Source: an uncultured Actinomycetes bacterium (GTDB taxonomy: Bacteria; Actinomycetota; Acidimicrobiia; IMCC26256; PALSA-555). Taken from it: a stretch of 64,000 nucleotides of DNA. The stretch spans positions 346 through 64,345 of the forward strand of contig CAIUKV010000038.1 in the NCBI GenBank assembly GCA_903899845.1, in the 5' to 3' direction. The notes beneath the pieces were generated by a model, which saw only the letters and a program-made list of their open reading frames with translations, was not told the origin of the DNA and ran no database searches. How positions within the stretch are numbered: position 1 is the first letter of the stretch; every line of letters starts with the position of its first letter. This document shows, piece by piece, positions 52,194-59,789 of this stretch. The position numbers and the translations under genes are program-made.

Positions 52194-53176
52194 GGGAGCG
52201 GTACCCCCTCGGCCGCCTCGATCAGGTCGTAGACGGTCGAGCGGTCGAGCGACACCGCGGCCGCGTCGACGAGAGCCCGCAGGCGATCGGCATCGCGGGT
52301 GCCCACCAGCGCGACGGGCCGGGTGGGGTGGGCGCACACGAAGGCCACGGCCACCCCGGCCCGGTCGAGCCCGTGCCGTTCGGCCACCGTGTCCATGGCT
52401 GCGCCGAGCCCGGGCCGGATCCCCTCTCCGGTGACGAGACGGCCACCGCCGAGGGGGCTCCACGCGAGCGGCACCACGCCGGTCTCGGCGCACAGGTCGA
52501 GCGTGCCGTCACGCAGTGGGTCGAGGTGGGCGAGCGAGTACTCGGGCTGGGTCGTCGCGAGCGCGAACGGCAGGTGCGCGACCAGCGCCCGGGTCTGGGC
52601 GACGGTGTGGTTCGAGACCCCGACCGCCCGCACCAGTCCACGCTCGCGCAGCGCGACGAGCGCACCCGCGACCTCCTCGGGGTGCGCGAACGGGTCGGGT
52701 CGGTGGATCTGGTAGAGGTCGACGTGGTCGACGCCGAGCCGGCGCAGCGACGCCTCGCAGGCGCGGGTGATCGCCGCCGCCGACGAGTCGTACGGCACGC
52801 CGGGCACGATGCCGCCCTTGGTCGCGAGCACGATCCGGTCCCGCAGCCCCGGCGCCGCCGCGAGCACCCGACCGAGCGTCTCCTCGCAGGCACCGAAGCC
52901 GGTCCCACCCCAGTCGAGGCCGTAGACGTCGGCGGTGTCGACCAGGGTGATCCCGGCGTCGACCGCCGCCCCGACCCAGGCGCCGTGGGTGGCGTCGTCG
53001 GCGCCGGTCATCCGCCAGCAGCCGAGCCCGACCCGGCCCACCGGCCGTCCCGCCACCTCCGGGCCCGCCACCCCCGGGCCCGCCACCCCCGGGCCCGCCA
53101 CCTCCGGGCCCGCCACACCGGTCGCACCGGCCGCTCCGGTGGCTCCGGTCGGGGTGGGCTCCCGCTCCTCGCGCAC
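52190..53176 (-). CDS. aldo/keto reductase with N-terminal (VAGPE/G) pentapeptide repeats
   Basis: ORF 52190..53179. AKR blocks DTADVYG, DLYQIHRPD, GVSNH. The second GTG (53176) lies 6 nt after TAGCAT. The N-terminal 45 aa include the 15-bp tandem repeat. Confidence 0.8.
   Translation of the reverse strand: MREEREPTPTGATGAAGATGVAGPEVAGPGVAGPGVAGPEVAGRPVGRVGLGCWRMTGADDATHGAWVGAAVDAGITLVDTADVYGLDWGGTGFGACEETLGRVLAAAPGLRDRIVLATKGGIVPGVPYDSSAAAITRACEASLRRLGVDHVDLYQIHRPDPFAHPEEVAGALVALRERGLVRAVGVSNHTVAQTRALVAHLPFALATTQPEYSLAHLDPLRDGTLDLCAETGVVPLAWSPLGGGRLVTGEGIRPGLGAAMDTVAERHGLDRAGVAVAFVCAHPTRPVALVGTRDADRLRALVDAAAVSLDRSTVYDLIEAAEGVPLP
53048..53116. repeat. tandem direct repeat, 15 bp x ~4.6, in frame (encodes VAGPE/VAGPG repeats)
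   Basis: cgccacc[t/c]ccgggcc units inside the 5-prime end of the AKR ORF (aa 22-44). Confidence 0.9.
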
Positions 53177-53182
53177 CACCCG

Positions 53183-53188
53183 ATGCTA
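53183..53188 (-). promoter_or_regulatory. -10 box TAGCAT, leaderless start GTG 53176
   Basis: TANNNT 6 nt upstream of the second GTG of the ORF. Confidence 0.4.
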
Positions 53189-53229
53189 GAGCGACCCCGC
53201 GGCCGCCGGGCGCGGCGCGGTCGGCGCAC

Positions 53230-53235
53230 TACGGT
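53230..53235 (+). promoter_or_regulatory. -10 box TACGGT, leaderless start GTG 53243 (pyk)
   Basis: TANNNT 7 nt upstream of the start. Confidence 0.5.
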
Positions 53236-53242
53236 CCCCGGG

Positions 53243-54763
53243 GTGGCGACCCCCGACCCGCCCGACGCCGACGAGCTCCCCCGCCACGTCAAGATCATCG
53301 CGACCATCGGACCGGCGTCGCACGACGTCGCCACCCTCACCGCGATGATCGGCGCCGGGATGGATGCGGCGCGCATCAACTGCTCGCACACGCCGGCCGA
53401 GCGGATCCCGGAGCTGGTCGCGGCGGTGCGCGCCGCGGAGACCGCCGCCGGTCGGCACGTCGCCGTGCTCGGCGACCTCGCCGGGCCCAAGCTCCGCATC
53501 GACGGGCTCGACGGGCCGGTGGAGCTCGCCGCCGGCGACGCCGTCCGCATCGGGGCCGCCGACGCCGTCCGACCGCCCGATGCGGCCGACCGCGCCGCCG
53601 GGATCTGGTTTCGGGTCCCCGCGCCGGAGCTGATCGCCTCGTGCGCCGTGGGCGACACCGTGCTCCTCGCCGACGGCGAGGTCTCGGTCGAGGTGCGCGC
53701 GGTCGAGGCCGACCAGCTCCGGGGCGTGGTCACGACCCCGGGCGCCATCGGACCCCGCAAGGGCGTGCACGTGCCCGGGATCGATCTCGCCGGGAGCGCG
53801 ATCACCGAGGCCGACCGGCGGTCGATCGCCGTCGGGCTCGAGGCGGGCATCGACGTGTTCGCGGTGTCGTTCGTCCAGCACCCGTCCGACGTCGCGACGG
53901 CGCGGGAGCTGATCGGGGACCGCGCGCTGATCATCGCGAAGATCGAGCGGGCCAGCGCGGTCGACGAGATCGACGGCATCCTCGAGCTCGCCGACGGGAT
54001 GATGGTCGCCCGTGGCGACCTCGGGGTCGAGCTGCCCCTCGAGGAGGTGCCCGGCATCCAGAAGGACCTCGTGTACCGGTCCCTCATGGAGCGCAAGATC
54101 CCCGTGGTCGCCACCGAGATGCTCGAGTCGATGATCACGAGCGCGCGACCGACCCGGGCCGAGGTGTCCGACGTCGCCAACGCCGCCCTCGACGGCGCCA
54201 GCGCGGTGATGCTGTCGGCCGAGACCGCCATGGGCGCCCACCCGGTGGCGACCGTGGCGACCATGGACCGGATCCTGCGCCACGTCGAGCACCACCGGCG
54301 CTACGCCGGCTCCCTCCTCGCCACCCAGGCGGCGCGCTTCGCCTCGAGGGCGGTGGACGCACCCCTGATCGACAGCACCTCGTGGGGTGCTCCGCTCGCC
54401 GACGCCGCCACCGAGCTCGCGCCCCGGGTCGGCGCCGCCGCCATCGTCCTCATCACCGAGACCGGGCGCACGGCTCGCCTGCTCGCCGCCGCGCGCCCCG
54501 AGTGCCCCATCGTGGCCGCCTGCTTCAGCGAGACCGTCGTGCGGCGCCTGTGCCTCTCGTGGGGCGTGGTCCCGGTGATCATCGAGGCCGAGGGCAGCCG
54601 GTCCGACCTGCGCCACCGGGCCGCGGCGGCGGCCGGACGGGTGATCGGGGGCGACGGCGGGGTGGTGGTGGTGCTCTCGGGCCCGGTGGGCGACCATCTC
54701 CGCTTCGACGACCTGCGGGTCATGCTCGTCGACGGCCGCGGCGCGGTGATCCCCCACGCCTGA
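53243..54763 (+). CDS. pyk: pyruvate kinase
   Basis: Tail of ORF 52328..54763 from VATPDPPD. KIIATIGPAS, IAKIER, MVARGDLGVE, LSAETA. TACGGT lies 7 nt upstream of the GTG. Confidence 0.9.
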   Translation: MATPDPPDADELPRHVKIIATIGPASHDVATLTAMIGAGMDAARINCSHTPAERIPELVAAVRAAETAAGRHVAVLGDLAGPKLRIDGLDGPVELAAGDAVRIGAADAVRPPDAADRAAGIWFRVPAPELIASCAVGDTVLLADGEVSVEVRAVEADQLRGVVTTPGAIGPRKGVHVPGIDLAGSAITEADRRSIAVGLEAGIDVFAVSFVQHPSDVATARELIGDRALIIAKIERASAVDEIDGILELADGMMVARGDLGVELPLEEVPGIQKDLVYRSLMERKIPVVATEMLESMITSARPTRAEVSDVANAALDGASAVMLSAETAMGAHPVATVATMDRILRHVEHHRRYAGSLLATQAARFASRAVDAPLIDSTSWGAPLADAATELAPRVGAAAIVLITETGRTARLLAAARPECPIVAACFSETVVRRLCLSWGVVPVIIEAEGSRSDLRHRAAAAAGRVIGGDGGVVVVLSGPVGDHLRFDDLRVMLVDGRGAVIPHA

Positions 54764-54766
54764 CGG

Positions 54767-56092
54767 TCACCCGGCGGCCACGCCCCCGACGAGGTCGAGC
54801 CGCCCCGCGCGCCGCGGGCCGACGGCACCGACCCGGGCCGCGACCGCGGCGCGGTAGACCGCGAGGTACCCCGCCACCATGGCCGCGCCCGAGAAGCGGG
54901 CCTCGACCGCCTCGCGGCAGGCCTCGGGGCGGATCCGCTCGGCCCGGGCGACGGCCGCGACCATCTCGTCCACGGTGTCGCACAGGAAGCCGGTGACGCC
55001 GTCGAGCACGATCTCGGGCGCGGCACCCAGCGGCCGGGTGATCACCGGGGTCCCGCAGGCCAGCGCCACGGCCTGCCGGGCGTAGTCGGGCCAGCGATGC
55101 TCGGTCCGGGCGCGCGCGACGTGGTGGACGGCGCCGCTTCGCCACGCGTCGACGCAGGGGCCACCGCCCGTCGCGTCCTGGACGGCGTCGAGGGCGGCGA
55201 CCACCCGATCGGTCGCACCCACCGTGATCGGCCGACCGTCGACGACCAGGGTCACGTCGGCACCGTCGCAGGCCGCGAGGAGCGTCGTCGCTGAGCGCGC
55301 CACCTCCGTCGCGGTCCGCTCCACGTCCGGTTCGACCCCGATGACCGCCGCTGCGTCCATCGGGCGATCGTGGCGTGGTGGCGTCACGGGCGTATGCCGA
55401 TCCGGTCCCGGCCCGGTCTCACCGGACCGCGTGTTCCACCGGAACCCCAGCCCCCGATGGGTCGTGATCACCGCCTCCGGGCCGCCCGCCTGACGGAGCT
55501 TCTGGCGCAGCCGGGACAGGTTGACGTCGATCACGTGGTCGTCGCCGCACCACCCGTCCCAGACGGCGTCGACGAGCTGCTCGCGACTCATGATGCGGTC
55601 GGCGTGCTCGGCGAGGAACTCGACGATCGCGTACTCGGTCCGCGTGAGGGTCACCTCGGTGGCGCCGACGGTGACCCGCCGGGCGACGAGGTCCACGGCC
55701 AGCGATCCGGATCGCACCACCGGACCAGGTCCGGGATCCCGGTGCCGGCGCAGGTGGGCCTGGAGCCGGGCGACGAGCAGCGGCGGGTGGAAGGGCTTGG
55801 GGATGTAGTCGTCGGCCCCGGCCGCGAACCCGACCAGCTGGTCGGTGACGTCGGTGGCCCCGGTCAGGAAGAGGACCGGGACGTCGGTGAAGGTCCGCAG
55901 CCGCCGGCACACCTCGGTGCCGTTGAGGCCGGGGAGCTCGACGTCGAGCAGGACCGCGTCGGGCCCCTCGGTCCGGGCCACCTCGAGCGCCCGCGGCCCG
56001 TCCCCCGCCCGGACCACGGCGAACCCGTGGCCGGTCAGGAGCACGTCCAGCGCGGCGCACAGATCGGCGTGCTCGTCGACGACCAGCACCAT
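54767..56092 (-). CDS. OmpR-family response regulator fused in frame to a partial GAF-like segment and a GT4 glycosyltransferase C-terminal fragment
   Basis: ORF 54767..56248. REC (MVLVVDEHADL..LLDVELPGLNG..KPF) plus wHTH (LTRTEYAIVEFL..HRGLGFRW), then ..GGGPCVDAW..HRWPDY.. (GAF-like), then ACGTPVITRPLGAAPEIVLDGVTGFL (GT4 C-terminus-like). An alternative leaderless ATG at 56248 would add 52 aa. Confidence 0.65.
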   Translation of the reverse strand: MVLVVDEHADLCAALDVLLTGHGFAVVRAGDGPRALEVARTEGPDAVLLDVELPGLNGTEVCRRLRTFTDVPVLFLTGATDVTDQLVGFAAGADDYIPKPFHPPLLVARLQAHLRRHRDPGPGPVVRSGSLAVDLVARRVTVGATEVTLTRTEYAIVEFLAEHADRIMSREQLVDAVWDGWCGDDHVIDVNLSRLRQKLRQAGGPEAVITTHRGLGFRWNTRSGETGPGPDRHTPVTPPRHDRPMDAAAVIGVEPDVERTATEVARSATTLLAACDGADVTLVVDGRPITVGATDRVVAALDAVQDATGGGPCVDAWRSGAVHHVARARTEHRWPDYARQAVALACGTPVITRPLGAAPEIVLDGVTGFLCDTVDEMVAAVARAERIRPEACREAVEARFSGAAMVAGYLAVYRAAVAARVGAVGPRRAGRLDLVGGVAAG

Positions 56093-56191
56093 GGGCTCCG
56101 ACCGGTGCGGCACGCCCGCCAACCTAGGACCGCCCCGATCCACCGAACAGGGCAAAAGGTCCCGATTCGCCGGTCCGGCGGCCGGCCCCCT

Positions 56192-56201
56192 CCCCCCCCC
56201 C
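56192..56201. repeat. C10 homopolymer (G10 on the coding strand)
   Basis: Ten consecutive C followed by T and CCCCC. Lies between ATG 56248 and the REC-domain ATG 56092. Confidence 0.9.
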
Positions 56202-56249
56202 GTTCGACGCCGTTCGCCCGGGATCTGCGGGGTCGGCGACGTCACCATG

Positions 56250-56300
56250 CCCGAAATCTAACTCTTATAACGCTTTTCGCCTACTGAGACATCCTCACAG
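56250..56300. other. AT-rich island (about 43% GC by eye) in an otherwise >70% GC window
   Basis: ccgaaatctaactcttataacgcttttcgcctactgagacatcctcacagg, between the GT-C gene stop and the response regulator ORF. Confidence 0.8.
56255..56260 (-). promoter_or_regulatory. -10 box TAGATT inside AT-rich island, ATG 56248 six nt downstream
   Basis: TANNNT 6 nt upstream of an ATG that is in frame with the response regulator ORF. Confidence 0.45.
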
Positions 56301-56305
56301 GACGG

Positions 56306-57919
56306 TCACGATCCCCGGGGTCGCGGGGGCGCGCGGTGGAGGTCACAGCGGGGCAGCGCGGCCACGGGATCGAACTCGGCCCGCACCCACGCCTCGAGTC
56401 GCCGGGGCACGAGCGGGTCGTCGGCCCGCCGCGGTGGCCGGCGGGGGTGCAGGCAGACCCACTCGGCCTCGCCCCGACGGAGGCGGGCGATCACCCCGGC
56501 CTCGTCCGCGTGCCCGAGATCGGACCGTTCCACCATGTCGTAGGGCAACGGATTGCGCGTCCGCGACCGGAGGTAGAGGAAGCCGGCGTCCTCCCGGGCG
56601 ATGAATACGACGTCGGCCCCCTGGTCGCGCAGCGCGGCGCCCAGCCGGGAGGCCGGACCGGCCTGGCCCCCCCGCAGCGGCGCCCCCCAGAAGCCACGGG
56701 CGTCCCAGGTGAAGGCCGACGCGCGTTCGGGGCCGACCAGCGGACCGAGCGCGGCCACGACGGCGAGCATCGCCATCACGCCACCGACCACGAGGGCCGG
56801 ACGCACCACCCGGGCCGACCGGGCCGGCTCCGGCCGGCTCCGCCCCGCGACCGTCCACACCCCGGCGACCCCGGTGACCACCCAGGGCATCACCCCGGTG
56901 AAGTGGTTCACCCCGGGCCGGGGCAGCACGGCGAGCAGCCCGGCCACAGTGGCCGCGACCAACGCGGTCACGACCGGCGCGGGGGCCCGGCGGGCCCGGA
57001 CCGCGCCCCAGACCAGCAGCGGCGCCACCACGATCGGCGTGGCCTGGATCGAGGTCCGGAGGAGGAGTCGCCCGTCGCGCGGGACCCGGCCGTCCAGCAG
57101 GATCTCGAGCCGGTTGCGCAGGGCCGGGAGGTAGCCGAAGCCGACGTCGACGTAGACCCCCTTCGACCGGACGACCTGGTCCACGAACGCCCCACCCGCC
57201 CCGCCGGCCACGACCACCGCGGCCGCCACTGCGCACAGCGCGAGCGCCGTCCCGGCCATCCGGGCGAGGTCGACCAGCACCGCCCGCCGCCGCCGGGGCT
57301 CGGCTCCGGCGGCGAGCACCACCGCGGTCACCAGCAGCGCGACCGCGGCCAGGGCGCCGACGTTGGGCTTGGCCAGGAAGCTCACCGCCCCCGCAGCGCC
57401 GACGACGTACGCGGCGCGTGCGTTCCCGTCCTGCACCCAGGCCAGCGTCGCCGCGAGCGCCACGAGCGCGCCGAGCACGGCGAGCGCCGAGTACAGGCTG
57501 ATCCAGGCCACCGCCGGCGTGGCCACGGCGAGGAGCACGAGCACGAACACGACCTGGGCGCCCGTGCGCATGCCCAGCCGCCGGACCACGCCGAGGCCGA
57601 CGAGGAGCTCGGCGGTCAGCACTGCGGCCGTGAGCACGCGCAGCACCAGCACCTCGGTGCCGAACACGCGTACCAGGCCGGCGAGGATCCAGGCCGCGAG
57701 GGGCGTGGTGACGTTGTAGGCGTTGCGGTACATCACCGCGCCGTGGGCGACGCGATCGGCCAACCAGAGCTGCCACACCTCGTCGCGCACGTTGACGGGA
57801 CGGTCGAACCCGAGGACCATCACGACGACGAAGAGCACCAGCCCGAGCAGGCCCCAACGCACCGGGGTCGGCACCCGGCGGGCCCCGGGGTCGGCCGGGC
57901 GCACCGCGGGTTCGGTCAC
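56306..57919 (-). CDS. polytopic membrane protein, GT-C-type (ArnT/PMT-like) glycosyltransferase candidate
   Basis: ORF 56306..57919. About 12 TM helices and a C-terminal soluble domain. GTGA overlap with the upstream stop. Confidence 0.65.
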   Translation of the reverse strand: MTEPAVRPADPGARRVPTPVRWGLLGLVLFVVVMVLGFDRPVNVRDEVWQLWLADRVAHGAVMYRNAYNVTTPLAAWILAGLVRVFGTEVLVLRVLTAAVLTAELLVGLGVVRRLGMRTGAQVVFVLVLLAVATPAVAWISLYSALAVLGALVALAATLAWVQDGNARAAYVVGAAGAVSFLAKPNVGALAAVALLVTAVVLAAGAEPRRRRAVLVDLARMAGTALALCAVAAAVVVAGGAGGAFVDQVVRSKGVYVDVGFGYLPALRNRLEILLDGRVPRDGRLLLRTSIQATPIVVAPLLVWGAVRARRAPAPVVTALVAATVAGLLAVLPRPGVNHFTGVMPWVVTGVAGVWTVAGRSRPEPARSARVVRPALVVGGVMAMLAVVAALGPLVGPERASAFTWDARGFWGAPLRGGQAGPASRLGAALRDQGADVVFIAREDAGFLYLRSRTRNPLPYDMVERSDLGHADEAGVIARLRRGEAEWVCLHPRRPPRRADDPLVPRRLEAWVRAEFDPVAALPRCDLHRAPPRPRGS

Positions 57920-59670
57920 GCCCGGGCCCGGACGGTCACGGCGTCGCGCCCCGCGCGCAGCACCCGGCCCGGGTGGTCGCCGGTCAGGGAGCCGCTCCGC
58001 ACCACGTCCACCCCGGCGACCATCACCCGGTCGACGCCCACCGCCCGGGCGACCAGCCGGCGGGCCCCGGCCGGCAGGTCGGCGACCAGCTCGGCCGGGC
58101 CGGGCGCCACCGTCGCCGGGTCGAACACGACCAGGTCGGCCCGCCGCCCCGCGGCGATGCGCCCGCGGTCGTGGAGGCCGAGCAGCCGGGCCGGGACGTC
58201 GGCGAGCCGGTGCACCGCCTGCTCGAGCGTGAGCCAGCCCCGGCCCCGCACCAGCTCGGCGAAGGTGGCGGTCGGGTACTCGGTGTTCACGGTTCCGTCG
58301 ACGTGCGCCCCGCCGTCGGACGCGCCGAGCAGCACCGCCGACGACGCCAGGGCCGCGCGCCGCTGGGCCGCGATCACCGCGTCGCCCTCGTCGTACGCGT
58401 ACCGGCAGAAGCCGACGCCGAGCCGCGTCTCCACCGCGAGGTCGAACAGCACGTCGAGCGCGTCGTACCCGTCGTCGTCCCGCCGCGCCGCCAGCTCGCC
58501 CAGGGTGCGCCCCACCCGGTCGCCGAAGCGGTCGGGGTCCGCCACGTCATTGACCACGACGCGGGGCAGGTGGTCGCGGTAGAGCGCGGCGAACGGGTTG
58601 TCGGCGGTGGCGAGGTCGTGGCGGAGCGCCCGGCGCGTCTCCGGGTCGGCCAGCAGCGCGACCCGCGCGACCGGGTCGGCGGCGAAGAGCCGGTCCCAGC
58701 CCGGCAGGTTCCGGAAGCCCAGCTCGGCGTCGAGCAGGTCGGTGCGGGTCCGGTAGTTGTGAGGGATCATCTGGGGGACCACCCACCCGCCCCGCGACCG
58801 GGCCGCCTCGCTCGCCGCCAGCTGGCGCCGCCACAGGTCGGGATCCGACGGGCTGAACATGAGGGTGTTCCAGTTGAGGTGCCGGTCCGCCCGGGCCGAC
58901 AGCTCTGCGAGCAACCGGGCGTCGGCGTCCGTGAACCCGACCATGAACGACCCCGGGATCACCTCGAGGCAGGTGCCCGGGAACTCGCCGACCACCTCGG
59001 CGCACGCCAGCAGCTCGTCGGGCGTCGCGAAGTTCGGCGGCGTCGGCCGACCGTCGCCGTCGCGATGGTTCGCCGCCGTCGCGCTCGAGAACCCGAACCC
59101 GCCCGCGGCGAGCGCAGCGCGCAGGAGCGCGGCCATCGCGTCGCGCTGCGCCGGGCTCGCCGGGTCGGACGACGCCGCCTCGCCCATCACCGCGCGCCGC
59201 AGCGCCGAGTGGCCGACCATGAACCCGATGTCGACGGCCAGGGGCCGGGACGCGACCGCGTCGAGGTACTCGGCGAACGTGCGCCAGCGGATGTCGACCC
59301 CGGCCGCGAGGGACGCGATCGGGATCTGCTCCACCCGGGCGAGCAGGCGCACCATGAAGTCCTCGTGCTCCGGCGCGATCGGGGCCAGGGTCAGGCCGCA
59401 GTTCCCCGCGATCACCGTGGTGACGCCGTGGTACGGCGACGGCGTGCACGCGCCGTCCCAGAGGACCTGCGCGTCGTAGTGCGTGTGGATGTCCACGAAC
59501 CCGGGCGCCACGACCCGGCCGTCGGCGTCGACCACCCGGGCGGCGCCGTCCGCGCCCGCGTCGGGGCCCACGGTCACGATGCGCCCGCCCCGGATGCCCA
59601 CGTCCGCCCGGCGGGCCGGCGCGCCGGTGCCGTCGACCACGGTCCCGCCCCGAACCAGCACGTCCAGCAC
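57916..59670 (-). CDS. N-acyl-D-amino-acid deacylase (D-aminoacylase) family amidohydrolase
   Basis: Real part of ORF 57916..59943 from VLDVLVRGGTVVDGTG. GFVDIHTHYD and LLGASDGGAH. Confidence 0.85.
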   Translation of the reverse strand: MLDVLVRGGTVVDGTGAPARRADVGIRGGRIVTVGPDAGADGAARVVDADGRVVAPGFVDIHTHYDAQVLWDGACTPSPYHGVTTVIAGNCGLTLAPIAPEHEDFMVRLLARVEQIPIASLAAGVDIRWRTFAEYLDAVASRPLAVDIGFMVGHSALRRAVMGEAASSDPASPAQRDAMAALLRAALAAGGFGFSSATAANHRDGDGRPTPPNFATPDELLACAEVVGEFPGTCLEVIPGSFMVGFTDADARLLAELSARADRHLNWNTLMFSPSDPDLWRRQLAASEAARSRGGWVVPQMIPHNYRTRTDLLDAELGFRNLPGWDRLFAADPVARVALLADPETRRALRHDLATADNPFAALYRDHLPRVVVNDVADPDRFGDRVGRTLGELAARRDDDGYDALDVLFDLAVETRLGVGFCRYAYDEGDAVIAAQRRAALASSAVLLGASDGGAHVDGTVNTEYPTATFAELVRGRGWLTLEQAVHRLADVPARLLGLHDRGRIAAGRRADLVVFDPATVAPGPAELVADLPAGARRLVARAVGVDRVMVAGVDVVRSGSLTGDHPGRVLRAGRDAVTVRARA

Positions 59671-59789
59671 CGGGGCAGTCTCGCGCCCCGCCGACGCCCG
59701 GCCCGGCCCGGTGCCGCCCGCCCGGGCGCCGCCGGGGGGATCGTGGACCCCGAACGCGGGACCGGGCCGGAAGTTGCCAGCATCGTCCC

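Noticed and set aside
56250-56300. AT-rich island as a tRNA, small RNA gene or insertion-sequence end.
   Set aside because: I could not find a cloverleaf-compatible structure, terminal inverted repeats, a target-site duplication or a transposase. It is better explained as a promoter/terminator region.
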